Positions 26,699 to 35,163 of a stretch of DNA of 46,130 nucleotides are shown here, in pieces. The notes beneath the pieces were generated by a model. It had not been told where the DNA came from. It ran no database searches and worked only from the letters and a program-made list of their open reading frames with translations. The number at the start of each line of letters is the position of its first letter. Within the stretch, counting starts at the first letter, position 1. The DNA lies in contig JBGAIN010000046.1 of the NCBI GenBank assembly GCA_044225505.1, positions 1-46,130 of the forward strand. Direction: 5' to 3'. The DNA comes from Limisphaerales bacterium. GTDB lineage: Bacteria > Verrucomicrobiota > Verrucomicrobiia > Limisphaerales > SIBE01. Made by a program: the position numbers and the translations under genes.

Positions 26699-27505
26699 AT
26701 GAGTAACGAGAGCCTCATTATCGTGCCGACCTACAACGAGCGAGACAACCTTCTCCCGCTCGTGCGACGGGTGTTGGCACTACCCGTTACGGTGGACCTG
26801 CTCGTGGTCGACGATAACTCTCCCGACGGGACCGGGCAGTTAGCGGATCAGCTAGCGAAACAGTATCCCCAAATTCAGGTGCTACATCGAGCCCAGAAAG
26901 CGGGATTGGGTCGGGCGTATTGTGCCGGCTTTGGTTGGGCCTTAGAGCGTCATTATGAGTTCATCTTTGAAATGGACGGCGATCTATCCCATAGCCCGGA
27001 TGATATTCCAGCGTTTCTCGAGGCGGCGCGGAAGGCGGATTTGGTCTTAGGGTCTCGTTATTGCAACGGAATTCGCGTGATTAACTGGCCATTGCAGCGA
27101 CTGGTGCTGAGCTTGAGCGCGGCAAAGTATGTCCAGTGGATTACAGGGATGCCGTTCACCGATCCTACTGGAGGATTCAAATGTTTCCGCCGTCGCACGC
27201 TGCAATCGATCAACTTGGATGAGGTCCGCTCGAGCGGCTACAGCTTTCAGATCGAGATGACCCACAAGGTTTGGCGGCAAGGATTGCATATCGTCGAAGT
27301 GCCGATCATTTTCACTGATCGATTTCAAGGGACGTCCAAAATGTCGCCCAAGATAGTTCGCGAGGCGCTGCGGATCACTTGGAAGATGCTTTTTCAGAAT
27401 CGCCTCCGCCGTTCGCCAGGTCGGCGTCAACTCTCAGCCGCAGATCCAATCGTGCCGACGCAGGCAAATGTCTCATCTGGTTCCCGGCAGATGAGTGAGC
27501 CCTGA
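26699..27505 (+). CDS. Polyprenol monophosphomannose synthase-like GT2 (DPM1 family)
   Basis: IIVPTYNERDN, VVDDNSPDGTG, GLGRAY, EMDGDLSH, GSRY, TDPTGGFKCFRR and GYSFQIEM. Confidence 0.93.
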   Translation: MSNESLIIVPTYNERDNLLPLVRRVLALPVTVDLLVVDDNSPDGTGQLADQLAKQYPQIQVLHRAQKAGLGRAYCAGFGWALERHYEFIFEMDGDLSHSPDDIPAFLEAARKADLVLGSRYCNGIRVINWPLQRLVLSLSAAKYVQWITGMPFTDPTGGFKCFRRRTLQSINLDEVRSSGYSFQIEMTHKVWRQGLHIVEVPIIFTDRFQGTSKMSPKIVREALRITWKMLFQNRLRRSPGRRQLSAADPIVPTQANVSSGSRQMSEP

Positions 27506-27608
27506 CTCGCGGCGCGTGGAGATCACGCCCGTTTGCGTCGCCTTTGACAGCCGCTCCAAGCCTGCGTGCATGACGTGGTCCGCGGATCGAATCCTGAGCG
27601 GGTTTAGC

Positions 27609-27637
27609 TTGCCGAGGATTTTCTCTGCCGCCATGCT
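27609..27637 (+). promoter_or_regulatory. Putative sigma70 promoter with leaderless geometry
   Basis: TTGCCG, 17 bp, CATGCT, 6 bp, GTG(27644). Confidence 0.5.
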
Positions 27638-27643
27638 GCGTGG

Positions 27644-28204
27644 GTGCTAACCTTACTTGTAGGAACTAATCGCCCGGGCAGCACCACGCGCCGGGTAGCG
27701 TCACAAGTGGAGAAGATTTATCAACGCCTGCAAGTTCCATTGCGGGTGCTCGATCTGGCCGAACTGCCGCCGGAAATCTTCCATCCAAGTTCTTACGCGG
27801 AAAAACCAACATCCTTTGCACCGTTCTCGGACGCGATCCTGGCCGCGGAAGGTCTGGTGATTGTGACCCCGGAGTATAACGGAAGTTTGCCGGGAGTTTT
27901 AAAGTATTTCATCGATATGCTTAAATTCCCGGAGAGTTTTGAAAAACGGCCCGTTTGCTTTATCGGTTTGGGAGCTGGCATGTGGGGCGCCTTACGCCCG
28001 GTGGAACAGCTCCAGATGATCTTTGGTTATCGCAACGCTTACCTTTACCCGGACAGGGTGTTTATGCCCAAAGTGTATGAGCTGATGAAGGAAAACGGCG
28101 AGTTCCAATCCGGAGATCTGCCCGATCGACTCACGCAGCAGGCCACCGGCTTTATCGAATTTGTGGAAAAGGTCAAAGGCGTCCAATTGCGCCGAGGCAA
28201 GTAA
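27644..28204 (+). CDS. NAD(P)H-dependent FMN reductase (flavodoxin-like)
   Basis: GTNRPGS, VTPEYNGSLPGVLKYFID and GALRPVEQL motifs. Confidence 0.92.
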   Translation: MLTLLVGTNRPGSTTRRVASQVEKIYQRLQVPLRVLDLAELPPEIFHPSSYAEKPTSFAPFSDAILAAEGLVIVTPEYNGSLPGVLKYFIDMLKFPESFEKRPVCFIGLGAGMWGALRPVEQLQMIFGYRNAYLYPDRVFMPKVYELMKENGEFQSGDLPDRLTQQATGFIEFVEKVKGVQLRRGK

Positions 28205-28212
28205 ACGGCAAA

Positions 28213-29052
28213 ATGTTTATGGACCGCTCCATCCTGGATCGTTTGGCCGTCTGCAGCTGGTCTCTCCAACCAAACCAGCCGGAACAACTTCTGCAAAAGA
28301 TGCGTGAAATCGGGCTGAAGCGAATTCAAATCGCCCTCGACCCGTTGCGCGAAGAACCTTCTGTCTGGGGACGCTTTGCGGAACTTGCGCAGCAAGCGGG
28401 GATGCAGTGCGTTTCTGGAATGCTCGGGTGCGTCGGGGAGGATTACACCACGATGGACTCGATTCGCCGGACCGGCGGCATCGTCCCGGACGAAACCTGG
28501 CCGCAGAACTGGCCGAATATTCAAAAGACAGCAGAGATAGCAGCGGGCATGGGTCTGAAACTGGTGACGTTTCACGCTGGGTTCTTACCGCACGATCCCG
28601 AACATCCGGAATACGCGAAACTCTTGAGTCGACTGCGCCAGGTGGCAGACGCCTTTGCCCAGCGCAAGATTGATTTAGCCCTGGAGACTGGACAAGAAAC
28701 GGCCGAGACGCTGAGCACCTTTTTGCAGCAGTTGGAACGGCCCAATGTGGGAGTCAACTTCGACCCCGCGAACATGATCCTTTACGACAAGGGCGACCCG
28801 ATCGCAGCCTTGCGGGTTCTGGGGCCGTGGCTCAAGCAGTGTCATATCAAGGACGCGCTCAAAACCAAAGTCCCTGGGACCTGGGGCGAAGAGGTCGTCG
28901 CTGGGACGGGCGAGGTCGCCTGGCCAGAGTTCTTTCGAACGTTGGAAGGCCAGAAGTTCCGCGGATACTGCTCGATCGAGCGCGAGGCGGGCACGCAGCG
29001 AGTGCAAGACATCCAAGCGGCTCGTCGTTTTATAGAGTCACTCGTGAAGTGA
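28213..29052 (+). CDS. Sugar phosphate isomerase/epimerase (xylose-isomerase-like TIM barrel)
   Basis: TFHAG, ALETG, VNFDPANM, CHIKD, GTGEV and SIERE metal-binding motifs. Confidence 0.9.
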   Translation: MFMDRSILDRLAVCSWSLQPNQPEQLLQKMREIGLKRIQIALDPLREEPSVWGRFAELAQQAGMQCVSGMLGCVGEDYTTMDSIRRTGGIVPDETWPQNWPNIQKTAEIAAGMGLKLVTFHAGFLPHDPEHPEYAKLLSRLRQVADAFAQRKIDLALETGQETAETLSTFLQQLERPNVGVNFDPANMILYDKGDPIAALRVLGPWLKQCHIKDALKTKVPGTWGEEVVAGTGEVAWPEFFRTLEGQKFRGYCSIEREAGTQRVQDIQAARRFIESLVK

Positions 29053-29174
29053 TCGTACCCAGAAATGGACGCCGCGGCCGCAGGCTTTGCGGTGGCGGTC
29101 GTTGGCGGACGATTCAATCCTTATGAAATCAAAATCCACAACTCGAAAGCCCGTCCACGGCGGTCTGCGATCCG

Positions 29175-30095
29175 GTGCGGCAGCCGGTCGACGGCGTCCT
29201 GGTGGATCCCGGTGGGAATGTGGGCGATGCCGCGCCCGTTAAACTCAACATGAAACAGACGCGGGCCTATCGCGACCTGAATGAAATGTTGGCCGACCCG
29301 AATGTGGACCTCGTGGATATCTGCGTGCCGACTCACCTCCATCCAAAGGTGGCGGCTGCGGCACTGGCTGCGGGAAAGCATGTGCTCTGTGAAAAACCGC
29401 TGGCGCGTACGTCCGAGCAAGCTCGTGAGATCGTCGCTGCGGCCCAGAAAGCCAAAGGATTTTTCATGCCCGCGATGTGCATGCGGTTTTGGCCTGGTTG
29501 GTCCTGGCTAAAGCTGGCGATTGAAGAGCAAACCTACGGCCCTGTTCTTGCAGCTCGTTTCCGACGCATTGCAGAACCGCCGGGCTGGGGACGCGAAAAC
29601 TACTTCAAAGGCGCACAATCTGGCGGGGCGCTCATGGACTTGCACGTTCACGACACAGACTTCGTGCAGTTTTGCTTCGGCCGGCCCAGGAGTGTCTTCT
29701 CGTCCGGACTGAGCAAGTTCAGCGGTGCGATCGATCACGTCGTCACCCAGTATCAGTTCGACTCCAAGGTGTTGGTGTCGGCTGAAGGAAGTTGGTTGGT
29801 CGCGCCGGGCGGCGGATTTAACATGGCTTACACCATTCATTTTGAAAACGCCATGGCCGACTATGATTTCTCGCGAGGCGCGGAAGCGCTCAAACTCTAC
29901 GTCCGGGGCAAGAAACCGAAGGTGGTCTCCTGCAAAGGGCCGGATGGCTACATCCGCGAGCTGCAGCATATGGTCGAGTCGATCCAAGCGGGCCAAAAAC
30001 CGACCGTGGTAACCGCGAGCGATGGCTTAACCGCGGTGGAAATCTGCGAAGCAGAAGAGCGCTCGGTCCTGAGCGGCAAGGTGCAAACCGTCTGA
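29175..30095 (+). CDS. Gfo/Idh/MocA family oxidoreductase with a frame-disrupted N-terminal Rossmann strand (possible pseudogene or sequence error)
   Basis: VDLVDICVPTHLH, GKHVLCEKPL and GGALMDLHVHD are present. In-frame TGA at 29124 and no GxGxxG in frame. A VAVVG remnant lies in another frame at ~29092. Confidence 0.85.
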   Translation: MRQPVDGVLVDPGGNVGDAAPVKLNMKQTRAYRDLNEMLADPNVDLVDICVPTHLHPKVAAAALAAGKHVLCEKPLARTSEQAREIVAAAQKAKGFFMPAMCMRFWPGWSWLKLAIEEQTYGPVLAARFRRIAEPPGWGRENYFKGAQSGGALMDLHVHDTDFVQFCFGRPRSVFSSGLSKFSGAIDHVVTQYQFDSKVLVSAEGSWLVAPGGGFNMAYTIHFENAMADYDFSRGAEALKLYVRGKKPKVVSCKGPDGYIRELQHMVESIQAGQKPTVVTASDGLTAVEICEAEERSVLSGKVQTV

Positions 30096-30168
30096 CCGCA
30101 AAGCGGAAGCTGGAAGCGAGGGCACTGACAAGCCCTTGCTTTTGGCATAGCCCTTTGAAGGACTCAGG

Positions 30169-30537
30169 ATGCCTCCGAAAAGTCTCTCGCACGCTGAGTA
30201 TCTCGCCAAGTTCGGTGAGGCCCAATGCTCCGCGCTGCAGAAGCTCTGCACCGTCATCAAGTCGGCCGCACCGAAGGCGGAAGAGTGTATTAGCTATCAA
30301 CTCGCCGCTTTCAAACTGGACGGACGCATGCTGGTTGCGGTCGGCGCTACCGCCAACCACTGCGCCTTTTACCTGATGAGTGCCTCCACTGTCGAGGCTC
30401 ACGCCGCGGAGTTAGGGAAGTACGATACCAGTAAAGGAACAATCCGCTTTTCGCCGGACCAGCCACTCCCTGCCACTCTGGTGCGGAAGCTGGTCCGTGC
30501 TCGTATTCAGGAAAACTCCGAGCGCCTGAAAAAGTAG
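30169..30537 (+). CDS. DUF1801 (YdhG-like) protein
   Basis: YL..LQKL..IKSAAPKAEECISYQLAAF, HCAFY and TSKGTIRF..DQPLP..LVRKLV. Confidence 0.88.
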   Translation: MPPKSLSHAEYLAKFGEAQCSALQKLCTVIKSAAPKAEECISYQLAAFKLDGRMLVAVGATANHCAFYLMSASTVEAHAAELGKYDTSKGTIRFSPDQPLPATLVRKLVRARIQENSERLKK

Positions 30538-30670
30538 GCGTGCGAGAGGTCAGCGGGGTCGGCCGGGCTTCGCCTTTGTGGCGGTTGCCGGAGTGCAATT
30601 GTCCTAAAATTCGATCTAAGTTGTCCTAGCTAGCTCTAGTCCATTTCCCTTAAGGCTCGAGACGACCATT

Positions 30671-32578
30671 ATGCGAACGATTGTCCTAATTGCCTTTTTC
30701 CTGAGTTCCCTCCCGATGAAGACTGCGGCCGAGAACTGGCCTTGGTTCCGCGGTCCGTCACGTCAAGGCAACTCGTCCGAAGCGGGGTTGCCAATTCGAT
30801 GGGGAGCGACCGAAAACATCGCCTGGAAAACGTCGATTCCTGGCGAGGGTTGGTCGTCGCCCATTGTTTGGAACAATTACGTTTTTTTGACGACGGCAAC
30901 GGAGGGAGGCGCGGCTTTTCACGTTTTGGCCTTGGATAGATCGAGCGGCAAACTTTTGTGGAATACGGAGATAGGCCGACAGGTGCCAGGTCACAAGCAG
31001 GGCCGCAACGGCTACGCGACCCCAACACCGTGCACCGACGGAAAACGGGTTTATGCGTGCTTTGGCGACGGCACGTTTGTCGCCCTGGACTTCGATGGTC
31101 AAATCGTCTGGGTGAACCGGGAGCTTCCGTTCTATGGGGAACATGGACTTGGGACATCGCCCCTGTTATGGGAAGGGCTGCTCATCATGACACGGGATGG
31201 CAGCGGCCGTCCGCCGGATACGGGTGCGGGCTGGCATACGCCTTGGGACCAAGCTCGCATTTATGCACTCGACGCTGAGACCGGGGCGTTGCGCTGGCAA
31301 GCGCGCCGCGGCCTGTCTCGGATCGCTCACGTCGTTCCAAACATATGGACAGCACCGGACGGGCACCAGGAACTCATTAGCGGCGCCGGAGACGTCGTTC
31401 AGGGATTCGATCTGAAAACTGGCGAGCGGCTTTGGACGTCGAAGAACATCGGCGAGGGAGTGGTTCCTTCGATCGTAATTGGCGACAATGTTGCCTTTAC
31501 GGCATCGGGTTGGGGAGGGCGAGAGTCGATCAAAGCGTTCAAACTGGGAGGAAGCGGTGACCTTGGGGAGTCGAACCTGGTCTGGGAACAGAAGAAAGGC
31601 GCTACCAAGATCCCTTCCTACGTCTTGGTTAAGCCTTATCTCTTCGCGATCCACGAGGGTGGCGTCGCCGTATGCCTGAAAGCAGATACAGGCGAGGTGG
31701 TGTGGCAGGAACGGGTGGGGGGAAACTTCTCGGCGTCGCCGGTCAGCATTGGGAACCTGATTTACTTACTTTCCGACGACGGGGAAACGACCGTTCTGGA
31801 AGCCGGACCGGAGTTTAAGGTCGTGGCCAAGAACCCTCTGCGCGAGAAGTGCCAGGCGTCCATGGCCGTTTCCGGCGGACGTTTGTTTATTCGCACGGCG
31901 ACAGCTCTATACGCAGTTGGCAAAACCGTTGTTGGACCCGTGGCCCATTGGAAACTCGATGAGCCTGCCGGAAACGTTGTGGACGATGCCACCGGCCACG
32001 GCAATTCCGGGGAGTTACGAGGAGCGAAGCGAACTGCGGGGAGAGCGGGCGGCGGCATCGAGTGTGGGCAAGATGCGCTCGTGGAGATTCCTTACCGGGC
32101 ATCTCTGGACAACTTTCCGGACGGGTTGACGGTAGCGGCGTGGGTCAAACGGTCCGCGAGCACGAAGTGGAACATGATCATCTCCCGGGAAGTCAAGGAT
32201 GGGCCTTCCGAGTATTTCGGCTTGGCCGTGTTCAAGAATCGGGCGCTCTTCTCCGTCGATCCAGACGGCGCTCACTATCAAAATATACAGAGCGCGGTCG
32301 AAGTGCCGGTCGGAGACTGGGTCCACCTGGCCGGGACGTACGACAACAAGACGCTGAGATTGTACGTCGATGGCAAGTTGGCGAACTCTGCGATGGGTGC
32401 GGTTCCATTTCAATTCGCGGACCAAAACCCACTGCTCATCGGAGGAAACACCAATAACCAAGGCCAAACTTGGGTGGACTGTTTCTTCGGCCTCATCGAC
32501 GACGTGCGTCTCTACCCGCGGGCACTGAGTGCGGCTGAGGTTGCCGAGTTGTGGAGTTCCAGTGGAGCGCCACCGTGA
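30671..32578 (+). CDS. PQQ-like (BamB-type) beta-propeller fused to a LamG/ConA-like domain
   Basis: ENWPWFRGP, GWSSPIVW, TPCTDGKRVY and FSASPV repeats. C-terminal HWKLDE..WVHLAGTYD..LYVDG..GLIDDVRLYPRALS. Confidence 0.9.
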   Translation: MRTIVLIAFFLSSLPMKTAAENWPWFRGPSRQGNSSEAGLPIRWGATENIAWKTSIPGEGWSSPIVWNNYVFLTTATEGGAAFHVLALDRSSGKLLWNTEIGRQVPGHKQGRNGYATPTPCTDGKRVYACFGDGTFVALDFDGQIVWVNRELPFYGEHGLGTSPLLWEGLLIMTRDGSGRPPDTGAGWHTPWDQARIYALDAETGALRWQARRGLSRIAHVVPNIWTAPDGHQELISGAGDVVQGFDLKTGERLWTSKNIGEGVVPSIVIGDNVAFTASGWGGRESIKAFKLGGSGDLGESNLVWEQKKGATKIPSYVLVKPYLFAIHEGGVAVCLKADTGEVVWQERVGGNFSASPVSIGNLIYLLSDDGETTVLEAGPEFKVVAKNPLREKCQASMAVSGGRLFIRTATALYAVGKTVVGPVAHWKLDEPAGNVVDDATGHGNSGELRGAKRTAGRAGGGIECGQDALVEIPYRASLDNFPDGLTVAAWVKRSASTKWNMIISREVKDGPSEYFGLAVFKNRALFSVDPDGAHYQNIQSAVEVPVGDWVHLAGTYDNKTLRLYVDGKLANSAMGAVPFQFADQNPLLIGGNTNNQGQTWVDCFFGLIDDVRLYPRALSAAEVAELWSSSGAPP

Positions 32579-32865
32579 GGGGCGCAGAATTGCCCCGCAA
32601 TCCGAGTGACACTATGTGTCGCCGGATACCAGGGGGTGATAGATGGCGAGGCGGATTTCGACCTTGCCTTCGGTGTTGCGAGTATTAGCCTTTAGTATCT
32701 TAGTCAGCGTTGCAATCAGATTCGAAGATAGGGCGGTTCGTAGTCAAAGTTGATTCTGAGCGTGTTGAATCAGAGCCCGAAATCTGGGAACGAGAGTGAA
32801 GGAAACAAGATTTCGGGCGGCTGGACATTCAACCTGCGACGCTGCACAGAAACGCGTTAACCTCT

Positions 32866-34170
32866 ATGGCGACAAAAGCATCTCGAACGGATACCCAAGC
32901 GACTGCTCCCTTGAACCCTGTAAGCCGACGCAGCTTCGTCATAAAATCGGCGACCGCGCTTGCGGCGGCGGGTGTTTGGTCTACGGCGCCCTACGTCGCG
33001 CGGGGCCGTGTGCTCGGGGCCAATGATCGCATCGGAATCGGATTTATTGGAGTCGGTGGACGCGGGCAAAGCCATGTTGCCCTAGTGCAAAAGCTAATTG
33101 CTGCTGGGACGAATGCCACGATTGTGGCGGTCAACGACGCTTATCGTTACCGTTTGGACGAGGTGGTCAGCCGCACGAAAGCCAAGAGCTACTGGAAACA
33201 CACGGAGTTGTTGGAGAATCCCGACGTTGATGTGGTATGTATCGCGACGCCCGACCGCTTGCACGTTCCGCAAGGGTTGGACGCTATTCGCGCTGGCAAA
33301 GATGTCTACTGTGAAAAGCCGATGGGACATTGGTCGCAGTTCGAACTCAGCCGGCAGTTCTATCAAGAGACGCTCAAGCTCCAGCGGGTCGTGCAAATCG
33401 GAAACCAGGGGAACTCCAGCCCGGCTTGGAAGAAGGTGGGGGAGTTGATTCGCCAGGGAGCAATTGGACGTCCCCAGTTGGTGGAAGCGGGGTTTTATCG
33501 CTCCGGGGATTGGGGTGAGCGAATGCACATTCCCGATCGCGAGGCGAAGCCAGGCCCAGACCTCGATTGGGAGGCGTTTCTTGGGGACGCCCCCAAAGTC
33601 CCGTTCACCGTTGACCGCTTTTTCAGTTGGCGGAAGTATTTGGACTACGCTGGAGGACCGTGCACGGACTTGTTCCCGCACGTGTTCACACCATTTGTCA
33701 ATGCGTTGGGCATTAAGATTCCGGCAAGAGCGGTGGCTTCAGGAGGAATTTTCAAATACACCGACTATGACCGGGAAGTGCCAGACACTTTTAACATGTG
33801 TTTGGATTATCCGGAGAAACTATCGGTATCCGTTGTAGGAACGTTGGCGAATGCCTACGTCAGTGAACCGGCAATCCGTGGCGACGAAGGCACCATTACC
33901 CTACAAAACCCAGGCGAATGGAATGCCGGATTCGATAGTCTGACATTAATCCCCCGACAGGGGCAGGCCCAGGTCGTACCAGCGGGCAAAATGGATCCCA
34001 CAGCGCTGCATTGGCAGAACTTTCTCGATTGCGTTCGAACGCGCCAGAAGCCTGTCAGCAGTGTCGAGTTCGGCTATCACGTGACCGTGGCCCTTAATAT
34101 GGCGATGCTGTCGTTGCTGAAAGATGTGGTCGTTCGCTACGACGCCGCCCGAGAGGAGATTGTTCTATGA
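32866..34170 (+). CDS. Tat-exported Gfo/Idh/MocA oxidoreductase
   Basis: SRRSFV twin-arginine signal, GANDRIGIGFIGVGGRG, IATPDRLH, DVYCEKP, LDWEAFLG and TDLFPH. Confidence 0.92.
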   Translation: MATKASRTDTQATAPLNPVSRRSFVIKSATALAAAGVWSTAPYVARGRVLGANDRIGIGFIGVGGRGQSHVALVQKLIAAGTNATIVAVNDAYRYRLDEVVSRTKAKSYWKHTELLENPDVDVVCIATPDRLHVPQGLDAIRAGKDVYCEKPMGHWSQFELSRQFYQETLKLQRVVQIGNQGNSSPAWKKVGELIRQGAIGRPQLVEAGFYRSGDWGERMHIPDREAKPGPDLDWEAFLGDAPKVPFTVDRFFSWRKYLDYAGGPCTDLFPHVFTPFVNALGIKIPARAVASGGIFKYTDYDREVPDTFNMCLDYPEKLSVSVVGTLANAYVSEPAIRGDEGTITLQNPGEWNAGFDSLTLIPRQGQAQVVPAGKMDPTALHWQNFLDCVRTRQKPVSSVEFGYHVTVALNMAMLSLLKDVVVRYDAAREEIVL

Positions 34171-35135
34171 AACCGCGACGGCTCCTTTGGGGCACGATCC
34201 AGTTGAGCGTGACGTTGGCGTGGTCCTTGGTCCCGTTTCTGTGTCAGGCGGAGCCGTTACGCCTTGACTCCTCGGCCCGTCCGTCCGAATGGACTGTATG
34301 GCACGGACCGAAGAAATTGCTGACCTATGCCTTCGATCCCGCCAAGTTTAAACCGTATGTAAAGGAACTTTGCACTGTCGCCGGTCAAAATGTGCTGCGC
34401 GATGCCCCTTCCGATCACTTGCACCACCACGCTCTGATGTATGGCATCCGCATCAACGGAGTGAACTTCTGGGAGGAAACACCAGGGAACGGCGTGCAAA
34501 AGGTGGTTCAGTTTCCGCCGCCTGAGGTGTCCGTCGACGCTGCTGGTCGACCACAAGTGCGGATCGCCCAAGTGCTTCACTGGCTCAAACCTGAAGACGC
34601 CTTCCTCCCGGATAGCGCGGCGGTTGCGTTTGTCGTGGAACATCGCACGCTGGCGGTCACGGTGAACGAAACGGAGAGCGAGGTGGCGCTGGAATGGACT
34701 TCCCAATTCGAAGTTGGCCGCAAAACCAACGTGGTCACTTTGAGTGGCGCGAATTATCACGGCTTAGGCATGCGCTTTCTCCGGGAATTGGACCCGCTCG
34801 CTACGCATTCTCTGGCTGGAAGAGTACTTGATCTCAGCCAGAACCGTCAGGAAGTGGCCCAGGCGCCTTGGGCGGCAGTCCAGTTTGATCTTTCTGGGCA
34901 TCCAACAACGCTGGCTTTGGCAGGCCATCCTGACAATCCACGAGGCGACGCCACTTTCTTCACCATGAAGACGCCTTTCGCTTATCTTTCCGCGACCCAG
35001 GGACTGGAAAAAGATACACTGATCTATCGAGCGGGCGACACGTTCCGCCTGCGATATCTGCTCCTCCTCTATCCGGATCTCAGATCTGCTGAATCGCTCA
35101 ATCGCCGCACACAGCAATGGCGGGAACGGCATTGA
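34167..35135 (+). CDS. Secreted PF14100/DUF6807-type protein (so-called 'PmoA family'; not methane monooxygenase)
   Basis: Signal peptide, KPY, PSDHLHHHALM, VNFW, YHGLGMRF and HPDNP. ATGA overlap with the upstream oxidoreductase. Confidence 0.75.
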   Translation: MKPRRLLWGTIQLSVTLAWSLVPFLCQAEPLRLDSSARPSEWTVWHGPKKLLTYAFDPAKFKPYVKELCTVAGQNVLRDAPSDHLHHHALMYGIRINGVNFWEETPGNGVQKVVQFPPPEVSVDAAGRPQVRIAQVLHWLKPEDAFLPDSAAVAFVVEHRTLAVTVNETESEVALEWTSQFEVGRKTNVVTLSGANYHGLGMRFLRELDPLATHSLAGRVLDLSQNRQEVAQAPWAAVQFDLSGHPTTLALAGHPDNPRGDATFFTMKTPFAYLSATQGLEKDTLIYRAGDTFRLRYLLLLYPDLRSAESLNRRTQQWRERH

Positions 35136-35163
35136 ATGGTGCGACCCCAGTCACGCAGATCGC

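Noticed and set aside
34167..35135. Methane monooxygenase (because of the 'PmoA' family label)
   Set aside because: This is a soluble secreted protein without the multi-TM profile of true PmoA, and there are no pmoC/pmoB neighbours.
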